Shown piece after piece: positions 48,572 through 62,000 of a stretch of DNA of 64,000 nt (its first letter is position 1; each line of letters begins with the position of its first letter). Location: contig OZ286460.1 in assembly GCA_965644265.1 (NCBI GenBank), forward strand, positions 86,614,001 through 86,678,000, given 5' to 3'. This stretch comes from Glycera tridactyla (Eukaryota). The notes under the pieces are model-generated. The model saw nothing but the letters and a program-made list of their open reading frames with translations. It was not told where the DNA came from and did not search any database. Made by a program: the position numbers and the translations under genes.

Positions 48572-51028
48572 TAGTTTATGACACTTTGACATTTTTAGTC
48601 AATTTCTCTATTTTTTTCACATTTGGGCTATTTTTCAAAGCCTCGCAGTCAGCATGCAATTCTGAGCAAGTGTTGAACATTTCGAAGAAATTCTTGTAGG
48701 GAAAATTCCAAACGAAAGGTGAAATAATAAGGATTCCGTGCTGAGTTGTGTATTCGGTAAATGGGGTGGCTTTAAATGTGGCTCTGGTCGAAGTCAATAT
48801 GAGGCAATGCACCATGGAAGATCTATGTGAAATTGAAGCTGCCCCAGTGTTGATTCGAATCATTGCAACTGCCATGACCTGAGGACAACAGAGCTTTCCA
48901 CGCTCAAATATTGCTACAAGGTCATGGAGTTCGATACCGACTGCGATTTCTTCCCCATGCCTAATACAGAATATTGTGTGGTGTAGTTGTAGTAGCGTCA
49001 AGCTCAAAACACAAATAGGAATGAGCCACCCTCCAACGGGGCTGGGTGATGTTGTGAGTGTGGTGGTGCTACAACAACCTGAAACAGACACAAGAATGTC
49101 CATCCACAGTACTCAAGCATACACATGCAGGTTGCAAGATAGGAGAGCTCAGATATCAGAGATGGGTAGTCAAAAGAGTCAAACGGACAAATCCGTCACA
49201 ATGGCAAGCAGATATACCAACGACCCCCTTCGAATCGCCACAAACCATACATAATCCAAACGGATATTTGGACAAAGGATGGCGACTTCTTACATGCTAC
49301 ATTCGTGACTAAATCCAACTGGAATTGTACAAGAACTGATTATCTGCATTCTTGAGAACAGTGAAGCTAAGAAAATGTCCTACGCCCGGTTGTAGCTGCC
49401 CTCTACTGTCCCACAAATGGGCGTGGGACATTTTCTTTTGAGTGTTGCCATCGGGGAATATGTGGCTTTGGTGTAGCATCATGATTGTGAAGCTGGTTTA
49501 AAGTTGACAGTTTGTGAATTCACACATTGGTTGAGTATCACATTCATGTTGGTCCCCATCATCTTGTGTTCAGGGTTTGTGACAGTGATGTCTGTAGGGG
49601 AGAGAACATCAAGTTTTCATTGACCAGGAACACACAGCATACATAATCCTGTTGGTTGATGCATGCCGTTAAACCACAAATAAAATTGCCTTTCGTGTCG
49701 CTATTAGGAATTTTCTATAATAAGTGTCTCGCTAGTTGGTTGATGTCTCGCGATCACCAGCTGGGCTATATCGAGACACACGTGAGAGAAGCATGGGTGG
49801 GACCATTCCTGATTCATGTTGGTACCTAATGGAAACTGAGAATAACCTGCAAAATGAGCAGAGTTAGACGCAGTCGCCGTGGCGCGGACGATATCGGGCA
49901 GAAAATCGGCAAACAGTGGCTTATGTTTGCGGGATTGATTAAACGTGTGACAGTTCTAGACAGGTGCAAAGGACGGATGGCATGTGAATGACGTGTGACC
50001 CACATTGCTCGTGCGAAAACAGTGATTTCATACGTGGGTGTCTCGCTCCGCCCTAGCATTAGTTTTTTGTGTGGATCGGTTGCACAACAGCGACTTATTC
50101 CTGCGCTCTGCCATTCGTGACGTAGCAGATGGGGCAGTGAGAAAGAAGTACGTGTTACCAGCTAAATGCGATTGGTGTCACGTTGAGAATATAATGAATG
50201 CATGCGTGTGCGGATGCGTTGGTGGAGCAGACCACGGACTACAAAAGAAGGTAGCCCAAACGAGCCGGGTACGTTTTTCAAGTCATTCTCCTGTCGAAAA
50301 TCGAGATCCGATTGAAAAGAAATTCGCCAACATACTTTTTCCGGTGACTGAAAATGTCATTAGGACGAGTTTCACTTGAGTATTTGACCCTCAGCGCATA
50401 ACATTGTCATTTCCCTTGATTTCATTCGGTGGATGGCTGTTGTATCCCCACGGCCGATAGTGTTGACAGATTCACCGGATAAATGCAAAGAAATAATGGC
50501 AAATCTTCCGTAAAAACGCATAGATCAGCTGAAATCAAATCAGCTCATCACCGGAGGTCCCATACATTCGAGTCATAGCAATGAAACATTTCCCATTGAG
50601 AAATAACGAGTGGGGTGCGTGAGATGTGGCTTTCACATTTGTATTTGACAGACTTCGGTATTGACCAGCGCCTGATAGATCGAGCCACGAGGTTACGAGG
50701 GGCTGTCCAAGAGCTGTTGATACAGCTTTGTTATTCTGTCCACCTGCGCTAGATCCATGCAAAACAACAAAGCAACCCTCCCCTCCCCACACACTCCTCT
50801 ATCAAACCCGATACGACTTGTTGCTAGCACTACTTTTTACCATGCCAGAAATATCTGCGTACTCTTCTTCTTCTTTCTTTCAAACTGGCTAATGAAATGA
50901 TTGGGTTCACATGCGCCTAAAAAATCCGCCTCAAACCTCTCTTGCTCAGCGGACTGACAGCTTCATAATCCATCGAATGTAGAGAAGAAGGGGAGGCAAA
51001 ATCAAATTAAATCAATTGTCGTGCCATG

Positions 51029-51100
51029 GGTGGTGGTGGTGGTGGTGGTGGTGGTGGTGGTGGTGGTGGTGGTGGTGGTGGTGGTGGTGGTGGTGGTGGT
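51029..51100. repeat. (TGG)n microsatellite
   Basis: Direct reading; it produces the poly-Trp ORF in the track. Confidence 0.97.
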
Positions 51101-51941
51101 CTAACCTGTGTGTCTTCCTAAAGAAAAACGGGGTTTATTTTCCATGGTACTTCGACAACATTATTGCCAGGCAACTGGACTCGAATTGCAATCTCAGAAT
51201 ATGTGGAAATGTATCACGTCTGTAAAAGAAAGAAGGATGGGCTCGGTGGTGGTCATGTGAATACCAAGGGACAGCTGGCATATATGGGGCTGGCTTTTCT
51301 CTCTATTGTCCTACTCACCCGGGGTTGGCCATTATACTGAGGCCTTGAATGGGCTACACGAAAACAGGCATGACAGCTGAGGAAACACGAACCTCGACGC
51401 CATTGTGCCTCCTAATCCTGATGCCAGATTTAACTTAGCCCCTACCGCTGTACACCCACATGCCTCTATTGGCGAACCTTGCTCACTGGCTGTCACGACC
51501 TATACAGCCACGGACGGCATGCTTGAGGCGAGGTGGTCGGCCGGCCAACTTCAGGAAATATGCCTCTAAAAAGTTTCGATGGCATTTCTTGTTACAAGCA
51601 AATAACCACCATGATTGTTCATGATGTCAAGGTGGGTTAGGTAGGTTTCCACTTTTTTTTTAAAGTCAAATTTGGCATGTCAAAAACAGGGGAAAACTAG
51701 AATTTGTCAAAATGCTACTTTGGCTTGCCATAGGGAGTCCGTCTCCGTCACCTCATAATTTGCACAGCTCATCAACTGTAATATGAGCAACCAAGAACAT
51801 CCACTGCCCTAGGAATCACCTTTTTCCCCTCTCCACCCTGGTCAGGGTCACACTTCTGACCACATTAACCATTCAGCCTTTCTTCAGTCCATTGGTATGC
51901 ACTGATCCTTGCTGGATACCATGTTGATCAGAAACCATATA

Positions 51942-52119
51942 CTGTCAAACCTGTCTATATAGGCCACCTTCGATTATATCAACAATTGCTTTTTATAGGC
52001 AGGTAATCTCTATAAAGAGGTCATTTACCATTGAAAATACTATCACACCTGCAGCCTAGGGTGACCTTTATCGACAGGTGGTCTTCATAGAGAGGTGGTC
52101 TCTCAAGCAGATTTGACTG
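51942..52119 (+). mobile_element. Diverged MITE family A copy
   Basis: TA-CTGTCAAACCTGTCTAT ... AAGCAGATTTGACTG; central GGTCATTTACCATTGAAAATACT shared with other copies. Confidence 0.75.
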
Positions 52120-53714
52120 TGAATTTCCAATGCAACAAAACAAAGGATACAGCCAAAATCTATATGTATGACATATTTCAATATTCTAACAAAGATTTTG
52201 TTATCCATAACAGAGCAAAGCATGGGAATGATTGATAATACTTGACCATTTTATACTCAGATCTTCCTGAACTAACAATGATATGTTGGCAATTTAAGTA
52301 AGTCTTCTTTGGATATATGGTACGGAAAAATGTATTTGGTTGATTTTTAATCAATCCATGTCTCATCCACATAAGCTGTGGTCTGATTTTGCCTCAAAAT
52401 GACTGAAACCCATTCAAGGCATTGATGGGTTATTCATATGTATGAAGTTGGGCATAGCCAGACAAAATACATCCATGTATATTCCATGAATTATCAGGAC
52501 ATTTGTGGGAGTGAAGTGGTCCGAGGTAGACATATGCATGGTCTGTGGTGTATCTACTATGATGGCAGCACATAGGAAGGGGTAGGTGGAATGTCTATAG
52601 AGTGCAGCTGTCTGAGTGCCGGGAGTATGGCATGCCAACAGTGCACTTCCCCCAACTTTCAGACCACTGCGAGTGATGGTCATTGATAGCCAGCCTCATC
52701 ATTAATCCTTTCATTATTACATTGGTTGCTCCATTTGTCTGTTCAATCAATTTGTGCAAACACACACACACAAACTCAAAAAGAAAAGAGAATCTGCCTG
52801 CAGGGATTGACTATTCATTCTGCTTAATTTCTCAAGTGGGAAAAACTACCAATCTCTGATTTACCTCTGAGGAAAGAAAGTACAGGGTTATTGAAGAACC
52901 TCATGAGTGAAGATCTGTTTGATTCCACCTCAGAGATCATTGCCAGTTGTGTAATCTCCATTGCTGACATCATTTCACATACTGATCATACCAAGTTGAG
53001 CAGATTGAAGAAGAAATGAGAACTGTGAAGTTGGAGTGTAATATGAGCTTGGCCAATATCATTGATCTCCCACCCAGATGTAGTTCCAGAAAATATTTTA
53101 GAAACTGGTAATCATCGATGTTCAGTCAGAATGAAAAACTTAAGAATTTGAGGAATGTATCAGCACTTTCTCGGGACATGACATCATCGATCGGCAGAAT
53201 ATTGGACGATGACTATACAGGCTGATAACGATGATGACACTGATCAAATTGATTATACAGAGCAAAAAGTCAAGAGCTGCTACATAATAGTATTCTCCAA
53301 GAACTGGTACATGATACCATTCATGAGAAACTGAACTTGAGTGCAATTGGCTCTCATAGAGAAATTGGAGCACCCACCAAGGGTTGAATCTACAACACAC
53401 TGTTCCATGCAGGAGGACATACAGGTAGGGTAGGTACAATAAAAAAAAACAGATACACCATAGCAATGAATATTTTAGCAAGACGTGAGCAGGATGCCAA
53501 AAGCATTGAGAAACTTCATACCTTGAACCTTGAAGCAATGGCAAGACCATTACCAGTGTTTCACGAAGATGTGGCAAATGCTCTCACAGATTGGTTCAAA
53601 GAAATTGATGAGAGTAAATCAAGTATGACCATGTTGAGGGATTATGGGTAGCTGTTAGCAAGGATGAATGAAAAAAAGTCAAAATGTGCCATCACCTCTG
53701 CTTCCAATAAGTGC

Positions 53715-54690
53715 CACTGATCAACCAATAACTACATGTGGTATACTGCTATTCCTTCGGAACCTGAAAACATCGATTACGGAGTACCCCAAGGCTCCAT
53801 TCTGGGTCCCCTTATGTTTGTGCTATATATGAACGACCTGCCTAAAATAATAAACAGTTCGAACATAGCTCTCTATGCAGATGACACGGCCATATTCTCG
53901 AGTGCCAGAACAGTTGGGGAAGCCATCCATAATATCCAAAATGATCTGGACAGAATTACCAATTGGCTAGATATGAATAAATTGTCACTCAATGTTAAAA
54001 AATGTAGTGCGGTGAAAATCTGCATGCCCTAACACTCGAAAAAGAACATCCAAATCCAGCTCAAGATTAATGAAACCATGATCAATACAGTAACTAATTA
54101 TAAATATTTGGGAATATGGCTAGACACCCACACAAATTTCTCACGACGTATAGATCACTTGATCAACAAAACTAACAAAAGGATTGGTTTAATAAAGAGA
54201 GCAACGAAATTGTTGACCACCGCACAAGTAAATATGTTATATAAATGCCTAGTGCTATCTATCCTTGACTACGGTGATGTCATTTACCAACATGAAAGTA
54301 GTGATAGCCTTCAACAATTGAGTGTCATCCAGAACAAATTCTGCAGAATAATTTTAATAGCTCCACCGCTGACACCGACTATCCAAATGCTCAACTCATT
54401 GAAATTAATGAGACTTGAAAATAGGAGAATGTTCCACAATGCAATTTTCACTCACAAAGCAGTGTATAACAAATTACCTGAAGAATTATCAAATAAGCTA
54501 AGAAACATTGATCACAACAGAGAAAACACCAGGATAACAAGGGCCGTTGAAAGACAAGACCTAGGAGTAAAAGCATGCAAAACAAACATAGGCAGTGCAT
54601 ACTGCGATTACACTTATTATTAATATTCTACTTTATTCTATTCTCCTCCCAAAGGATAATCTCTTCCAAAGAAATCTAAAGGTTTTTACT
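53715..54690 (+). pseudogene. 5'-truncated CR1/L2-like LINE RT fragment
   Basis: YGVPQGSILGPLMFVLYMNDLP, LYADDT, WLDMNKLSLNVKK, YKYLGIWLD, LDYGDVIY; broken between track ORFs 53736..54032 and 54078..54623. Confidence 0.93.
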
Positions 54691-56359
54691 ATCTTTTCTC
54701 TACCAGTGCTATCTAAGCCACCTGAAATGAAATCACTATCATTGCCATCGATAATGTAATCATCAGCACTACTGTCATCGATTTGTTGTACCTCTACTAT
54801 TTCCAGGATAATACTGACGTCAATGCTACTCGTGAAGTATACCCAAGTGTTAGCAATGTCTCCCACTATTCTGACTCCATTATACTAGTTATGTGAATGA
54901 TCAATTTAACAGACGTTATCATGGAGATACATCATAGAGGTAATCTTGAAATTGTATGCAAAGTTTATTACCCTTGAATGAAAGACATATCCTACATTCT
55001 ATACATCCTTTGTTCTTCATGTTTACTATGTTTATACATGTGCTTCTATGTACTAAACGTGATACTTTAGCAAAACGAACTGTGGCGATGGCCACGCGAT
55101 TGCCAAAGATCAAGGATTTTGAGCGGGTCTAGTTAAGCAGTGTGAATAAAGAAGTGTCAATTATTATTATAATTATTATCATTATTATTAATTGAGATTG
55201 GACGATCTCACTGATGCATCAATTATGAAATAGTGCAAATGTGATAACTATGAATTATACGTATATGTTCTATGTGTACTTGAAGTAGGATGATTGGTGA
55301 TGTATTATAAGTATCTGTTGCACTGATTGGGTGTAAACGAGTTGTATTCACTCTCCCACACCAAATAAGATATTTGAAGCCTTATTGGTATCGGCACAAT
55401 CCTTGATGTTTGATTTGTTGGTTTTTTGGCTGTTTAATTGAGATACCCTCCCAATGAGCATGGATGAAATCCCCCCCCCCTCCGCACCCTCAATGCAAGT
55501 TGATCATTCAAGAAATTCACAGACACTCAGGCTCTTATTTCTTGACTCACCCCTCGATGAATTTATTGCTAAAGGCCTATTACTATGGAAATAATTCGCC
55601 TAGTGAGCAATTCAACTTTAGATTTAATTGAATGGTCATTGTGACCAGACCTTCGATCATTAAACTGTGTTGGCAACCCTACTTTCTGTTGCTTGGTTCA
55701 CAGTTTGTGTCAGCTCTGGAGAAACTGTATCTTCCGTTATAGACATCTATTCGCATTTGCGACACAAGAGACTATTTACCGTGTGGTGGATGGGTGGATG
55801 TGCGATGAGTAAAGTGGTTGATGCAAGGTCGGACAGGGTCGAGCCGGGCCGATAATGCTATATACTTTCCTACATACTTTGCATATATACGGTTGCCCAC
55901 AAAATCACTTGCCGGCGCTTGCCTGCTATTCACATGCTGAGTCTAGCACTTTTCTGGTGGTTGGCTGCTATCTGTGAGTGGTTAGCTTCAAATAGATATC
56001 AACAGTCATTCAGTGAGGTGTTCTCTGACTGAAATGATACCTGATGGCAACGACAGGAAGCAATCTTCTCTGTAAAATTGTAGAATGGCTGATACAATGA
56101 TTTAAATACACTAATCAACACGTATGTTTTACAAACACAAAAGCCAGTCATTGTGATACATGATCCAAAGTCAGACTTCTAACAGTCTGGTAAATTAGAG
56201 GCTAATAGCTGACACTTCGCCGGCTGTAGTTCATGCATATGATGTGTATAATAGAATTTCGACGCTCCATTAGTCACTTCCAGTAATCAAGAAGACTTAT
56301 CAACATGAATATATTGTAATAATCGCCAAAATGCAATTGTAAATGTATCTCACATTTGT

Positions 56360-57500
56360 ATGTATGTATATTTTCTTATTTCTGTTCGTCAGGTACAGTT
56401 ACCCTTCATATAGGGTTTTTCCAGACAGACGAATACAATGAGTCATCCATATGCGTTCCATATGATTCAATAATGGTTAGAGCGATGATGTTGATGAGGA
56501 TTAGTACTAAGGCACATATAGCAAGTCACAATTCATTGTATCTGAAAATTTTCATTGATCAGTCTCAAATTGTATATTTGCTTATGATAACCCTAAAGAA
56601 TAATAATCTTGTCAAACTAGTTCTGATTCAAAGATGCTCTTCTTGAAAGTATGCAATTCACCTGTTCCAAACTCATCATTCGACAGTAGCTGTCTATTCC
56701 ATAACCAGGCTCCTCTATATCTGAAGGAGCCTTCAATTTGCTTGCGGCGTGGTACAGTTATTTTTAAGAAAGGGTGGTCTCTAGATCTTGTTGCATAATC
56801 ATGCTCAGGTCTCTCAAGTTCACATAATGGCGTGTATTTCGGATGAACGATTCCCGACAGGATCTCATCAACATGTATCAAAGTGTGACACCGCCTACGA
56901 GAATCCAAGGCAGCCCTAATTCCTTGTGAGTATCCGATGTGCTGGCGTATCTATCTCGATTGGTAAATGACACGAGCAGCTTTGTTTTGAACTCTTTGTA
57001 GTTTTGTTACATCTGCCATGCTCAGATTGTCGTAGACGATGTCACAATAATCAAAAATTGGGAGGATGAGTGCCCTGTACAGCATCAGGGAAGTGTCTCT
57101 GCTGAGCACTCTCCCCTGAGTCTGCCCAGCACACCCACCCTGCTTATGGTTTTAGACCTCATATGTTCAGCATGATCCTTAAACGATAGTACATCATCCA
57201 AGATAATACCCAGGTACTTGAAGGTTCGGACATGTTGTACTGGTTTGGAGTCAAAAACAATGTTCAGTTGCTTGTTAGCTAGTTGATGCTTTGATCCAAA
57301 GACCATCACTTTTGTTTTTGTTAGATTCAGACTGAGCCTATTACGAGACAACCATTTGCTTACTTCACCCAATGCAAATTCAATCCTATCCTGGAGTCTG
57401 GTATGACATACATCTGAAACCAATATCGCAGTATCATCAGCGTAGAGATTGATACTGGGCCCTAGCATAAAATGCGTCATATCATTAACATAAATCGTGA
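56360..57500 (-). pseudogene. 5'-truncated CR1/L2-like LINE with 3' tail
   Basis: IYVNDM..NLYADDT, WLSRNRLSLNLTKTKVM, FKYLGIILD, GSFRYRGAWLWN; 3' end GGGTAACTGTACCTG..AAATAA then (TACA)n near 56360. Confidence 0.93.
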
Positions 57501-57894
57501 TTCACATAGATTTCTAAAGTAGTAATAGGAAACGGGACATCATCTCAGTGCAATACGGGCCTTTCTCACTAGCTGCTCTTCTCGAGGCTTTGAGGTAAGA
57601 ATTTGTGGCAATAATACTAGTTCCGCCGACGAGGATGATAGCCTGCTTGTGTAATGCAGTCAGGGATATCTCATTAAAATTCTGTAATCTCAGATGAGTG
57701 GCTTTAATCGATTAGCGAGGAATGCCCGTATCACCACCTTTAATCAATAAAATGAAATATTGTGCCCAAAATATCTGTGGTTGAGCTAATTGGCTGCTTA
57801 GCCTCGTTATCTATACACCACATACTGACCTTTCATTGCTCGGTTACTATTCAGTCAAATGGTGGTATTTTTTGTTATCCTTTGCGAAAAAAAC

Positions 57895-58720
57895 ACCACC
57901 ATCCCCTCACACCTGCAGGCCAGCTAGGCTTGTATATGCATCATTAATGACGGTCTTCACCAGCATCTCACCACCAACCCCCTAACACCACCAGGCCAGC
58001 TAGGCTTGTAGATGCATCATTAATGACGGTCTTCACCAGCATCTCACCACCATCCCCTTACACCACCAGGCCAGCTAGGCTTGTAGATGCATCATTAATG
58101 ACGGTCTTCACCAGCATCTCACCACCATCCCCTAACACCTCCAGGCCAGCTAGACTTGTATATGCATCATTAATGACGGTCTTCACCAGCATCTCACCAC
58201 CAACCCCCTAACACCACCAGGCCAGCTAGGCTTGTAGATGCATCATTAATGACGGTCTTCACCAGCATCTCACCACCATCCCCTTACACCACCAGGCCAG
58301 CTAGGCTTGTATATGCATCATTAATGACGGTCTTCACCAGCATCTCACCACCATCCCCTAACACCTCCAGGCCAGCTAGACTTGTATATGCATCATTAAT
58401 GACGGTCTTCACCAGCATCTCACCACCATCCCCTTACACCACCAGGCCAGCTAGGCTTGTATATGCATCATTAATGACGGTCTTCACCAGCATCTCACCA
58501 CCATCCCCTTACACCATCAGGCCGAGTAGGCTTGTATATGCACCATTAATGACGGTCTTCACCAGCATCTCACCACCATCCCCTTACACCTGCAGGCCAG
58601 TTAGGCTTGTATATGCATCATTGATGACGGTCTTCATCGGCATCTCACCACCAGCCCCTTACTCCACCAGGCCAGCTAGGCTTGTATATGCATCATTATT
58701 GACGGTCTTCACCAGCATCT
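57895..58720. repeat. 75-bp minisatellite, 11 copies
   Basis: GACGGTCTTCA counted 11 times at ~75-bp spacing. Confidence 0.97.
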
Positions 58721-61544
58721 CATTTTTTCATATAAGCAATACGAACATACGTGATTTTCCACAGTTCATGATATAGCTTGAATATCATCACGTTCTCGGG
58801 ACAGGTTGGCTGTACAGGTATAATGTTCAAATTGTCTGATCTCGACCTCGCAACTTCACGGAGTTCAAGTGAACTTCATAAGATGGCTCACTGTCAGTGT
58901 TGCCTCTGGTGTCAATATTGCTTATTTCATCCCATTTACCTACCTAATCTTGTGCTTCCTGGAAACCCATGATGTTTCTTTCCACCCAATTAATGGTCCT
59001 AGTTTTCTCAATATCTGCGTAGAGCTGAAAGCAAGCCTCTTTTGCCTTGAAATTCACTGTAGAAAGCTGTCCTATCATGCATGTATGTTGTCTATCGCTT
59101 GATGGGAAATCTATGGAAAGTGAAAGTCGTGTTTGGCATTGTATACACTTTGAGTATGCAAGTGAACATGTTGTGTGGTCGTAGTTTAATTTCTTTGGTA
59201 TGTATGTACTATCTGTTATATGTCTGTCTGTACTCTTAAGGGAACGAGATATTCGTTGTGATCTTCCCGTCTAGAGTGAAATAGTGGCACAGGTTTTGTA
59301 GATACGCTGGTTGTATGATAAATTGCCAACAATGTTGTGTAAAATAAGTTGTCCGCTCAGTTGTTGAATGAAAGTGAAGCTTTATAACAAGGATGGTGAA
59401 GCTGTGTGTTTGTGCTTCTGAAAGAACTAAAAAAAACTAGTTACTTCGCACTGGGAATTGCTGATCTCCAACCAACACCTTCTATAAATGATATGAACAC
59501 CCATCGGTGATATGTATGCTGCGTGAATGTGCGTCAAGAATGTGTGGAAGGCCCCGGGAATATAAGTTTGAGCACCCTAATTCTGCTTCCTCTGAGCGGG
59601 CACACACGCGTGTGTGGGCGTGCTCGCTTGCGTGAATATGGGTGGGAATCAATTTTAACTCAGATAACAGGTGCATCGCCCCCCCCCCCCTCCCCCCAAT
59701 TACGTGTATACCACATGGATGGCATATTGATCATCGAGGCAGATGGACGGTAAAGCAACTATAGAGAGCAGCTGTCCTGATGAGCGTCCCTGTGCCGCTT
59801 TCGAAATGACAGGGTGATGGTTTACTGATATTGTTGGTTGGTAGGCTTGCTGCCTGTTTGGCTGTCTAGTCGGTCGGTTAGTTGGTTGGTTGGTTAGTTG
59901 GTATGGGAACTGCATGTGCCGTCCACTGCAAGCAGCACTCTTTCAAACACTGAACACAAAATGATGGGAAAGACCAAGCTATGATTCAGATCAATGGGAT
60001 GTACATACAAAAGACCCAATACGATGCGTTGGGATAATATAGACTCCATCAAAGAGATATCTGATACAAGCTCAGACTGAATTCTTGATACTGTGTCCTG
60101 AATTGTTTATTCAGTGTATTCTTGTGCACAGCGCAGCCCCATGAGAGTTGTTGCATGATTGATTCACCCTGAGTTGTTGCTTATATTGGGGAACGTTTCA
60201 CCGCTTCAGCAACATTTCTCACACCATGAGAGATAGTTTTCATCTATGCCCCTGTATGCATGCACTCACTAGGTCAAAATGGAACCATGTGAATATGAGA
60301 TTATGTTGTATTCGGGTGGACAGGGCCATCTGTATTCTGCGAACCTGGTGTATCACCTCGTTTCAGGCTCTGAGCTTTGCTTTCAAAGCGCTTGAGTGTC
60401 AGCTCGCAGCCACTCACATAGATAGATGTGCCATCATTTGGTTCATGAGTTATCTGCGCGGCTGAACTGTCAACTATTCCCACCCCACCCCCTCTTCTCG
60501 TGTTCGGGTTTTGTGAGAGTTATACCTGCGAGTCACAGGACAGCCAGCATTCAGAGATCAGGATGATCTCCACATATATTTGGGTCATCTGGAGCACTTC
60601 AGTGACTGTGGAGAGCAAACGTTCGTTTCTCAATGGATTTGTCATCTATGAATATTAAATAAAAAATTTAGCCCCCATGCCAGTTGCAAAACTGCAGGCT
60701 AACTCCGTGGGAGCACCAAATCCAGAATGGCTGCCGGCACAGATCTCTACAGATCTGTACTACCACCTGTGCAGAAAATAGGTTATCCACAATTATCAAG
60801 CTGGGGACTTTATTGTCAATAGCTTAGATGTTTACTAAATAGACCAAACCTTGCTGTGATGACTTTCAACAGTTGTGGAATATCAATCTGCAGCTGCATA
60901 ATTATAACATAAATGGGTATATATATGTACTCATGTTCATGGATACCACTAATTTGGTGATGATATTGTCCACCAGTGGCTGACTTGGAGGTTTAGAGTA
61001 TGATTTGTAAACAGTTTTGTGTAATTCAAATAGATGATTACTTCTGATCATATTACTGCCATTGACACCTTGATCAAAATGTGTGATAGTGCACTCTCTA
61101 GTGATGTGATACATGATCTTGGTGGCCTGGCCTAATGTGGTCATTTCTGGGGCAGCCTCTTCCTTTTGTCATTTTAGCTTAGTCAACAGTTCGAATAAGC
61201 CGCATACTCCTTTGCTTCTCTCAAGATGATCAATGGTTGGTGGCCATGGTACCAACAGGTAAAAATCTGATCCTCAGTAGCCCATTGATCTGATTGAGTT
61301 TTTTTTCCACTGATGTGAAAATGTGACATGGTAGCATCTACATAGTTACCTCCTGCCCTGACATCCAGGACCTATTCACTGTAGAATCTTTGTAGCCAAT
61401 CATCTCTTGATTCTGTTAATTGAGCAGGTGCTTGAGATATGATCACCTAGCATTACCAACTGATTAGTCAGTCATCATCAATACACTTGTAATCTGCCAC
61501 TTGCAATTCCATGTATTTCTCATCAATGTGGGCCACGCCATTCA

Positions 61545-62000
61545 AAAAAGATGATTCTGTATATGGCTGCTGGAAGCCATTTCGGATTTGGGCCTCCCAC
61601 GGAGTTGGCCCACACTTGCGAGTAGCATGAGAGCTAAAATGCCTAATTCATTTGTCAAGAATCAATTCTGCATGAAAAAAGTCGTTTTGGAACCTTTTTT
61701 CCGGATTTTAGGATATATGGGAATGAATGACTTTTCTGCACTCAAAATTGGCAGCCATCTTGGTTTTAAAGATCAGGAATAGCTCAGATCAACAAAACAG
61801 CGTCAGAAATGAATGTCTTGACCCAAAATTGACCCAAATCCATGTATTGCTCAACATTGTAGGCACAATGATTGAAATAATGATTTTCAATATGTCTGCC
61901 GGCGGCCATTTTGGATTTGGGGCTTCCATGTTGCTAGCCTGCACTTTTGCGACTGGCACGGGGGCTGAATTTTCATTCAATATTCATAGAGGACACATCC
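61545..62000. mobile_element. Probable internal fragment of a non-autonomous DNA transposon
   Basis: Two copies of a GCCATTT(T/C)GGATTTGGG..CTTGCGA block (~61565 and ~61895) and a central GCAGCCATCTTGG. No termini identified. Confidence 0.35.

Noticed and set aside
48576-49103. 175-aa minus-strand ORF
   Set aside because: No recognisable domain or splice context; overlapping ORFs in other frames look equally plausible.
59601-59616. 16-bp perfect palindrome CACACACGCGTGTGTG
   Set aside because: Explained by abutting (CA)n and (TG)n simple repeats.
59770-59815. CTGATGA...GAAA with a CTGTC/GACAG stem, hammerhead-like
   Set aside because: Four extra bases between stem II and GAAA, and no stem III or NUH triplet.
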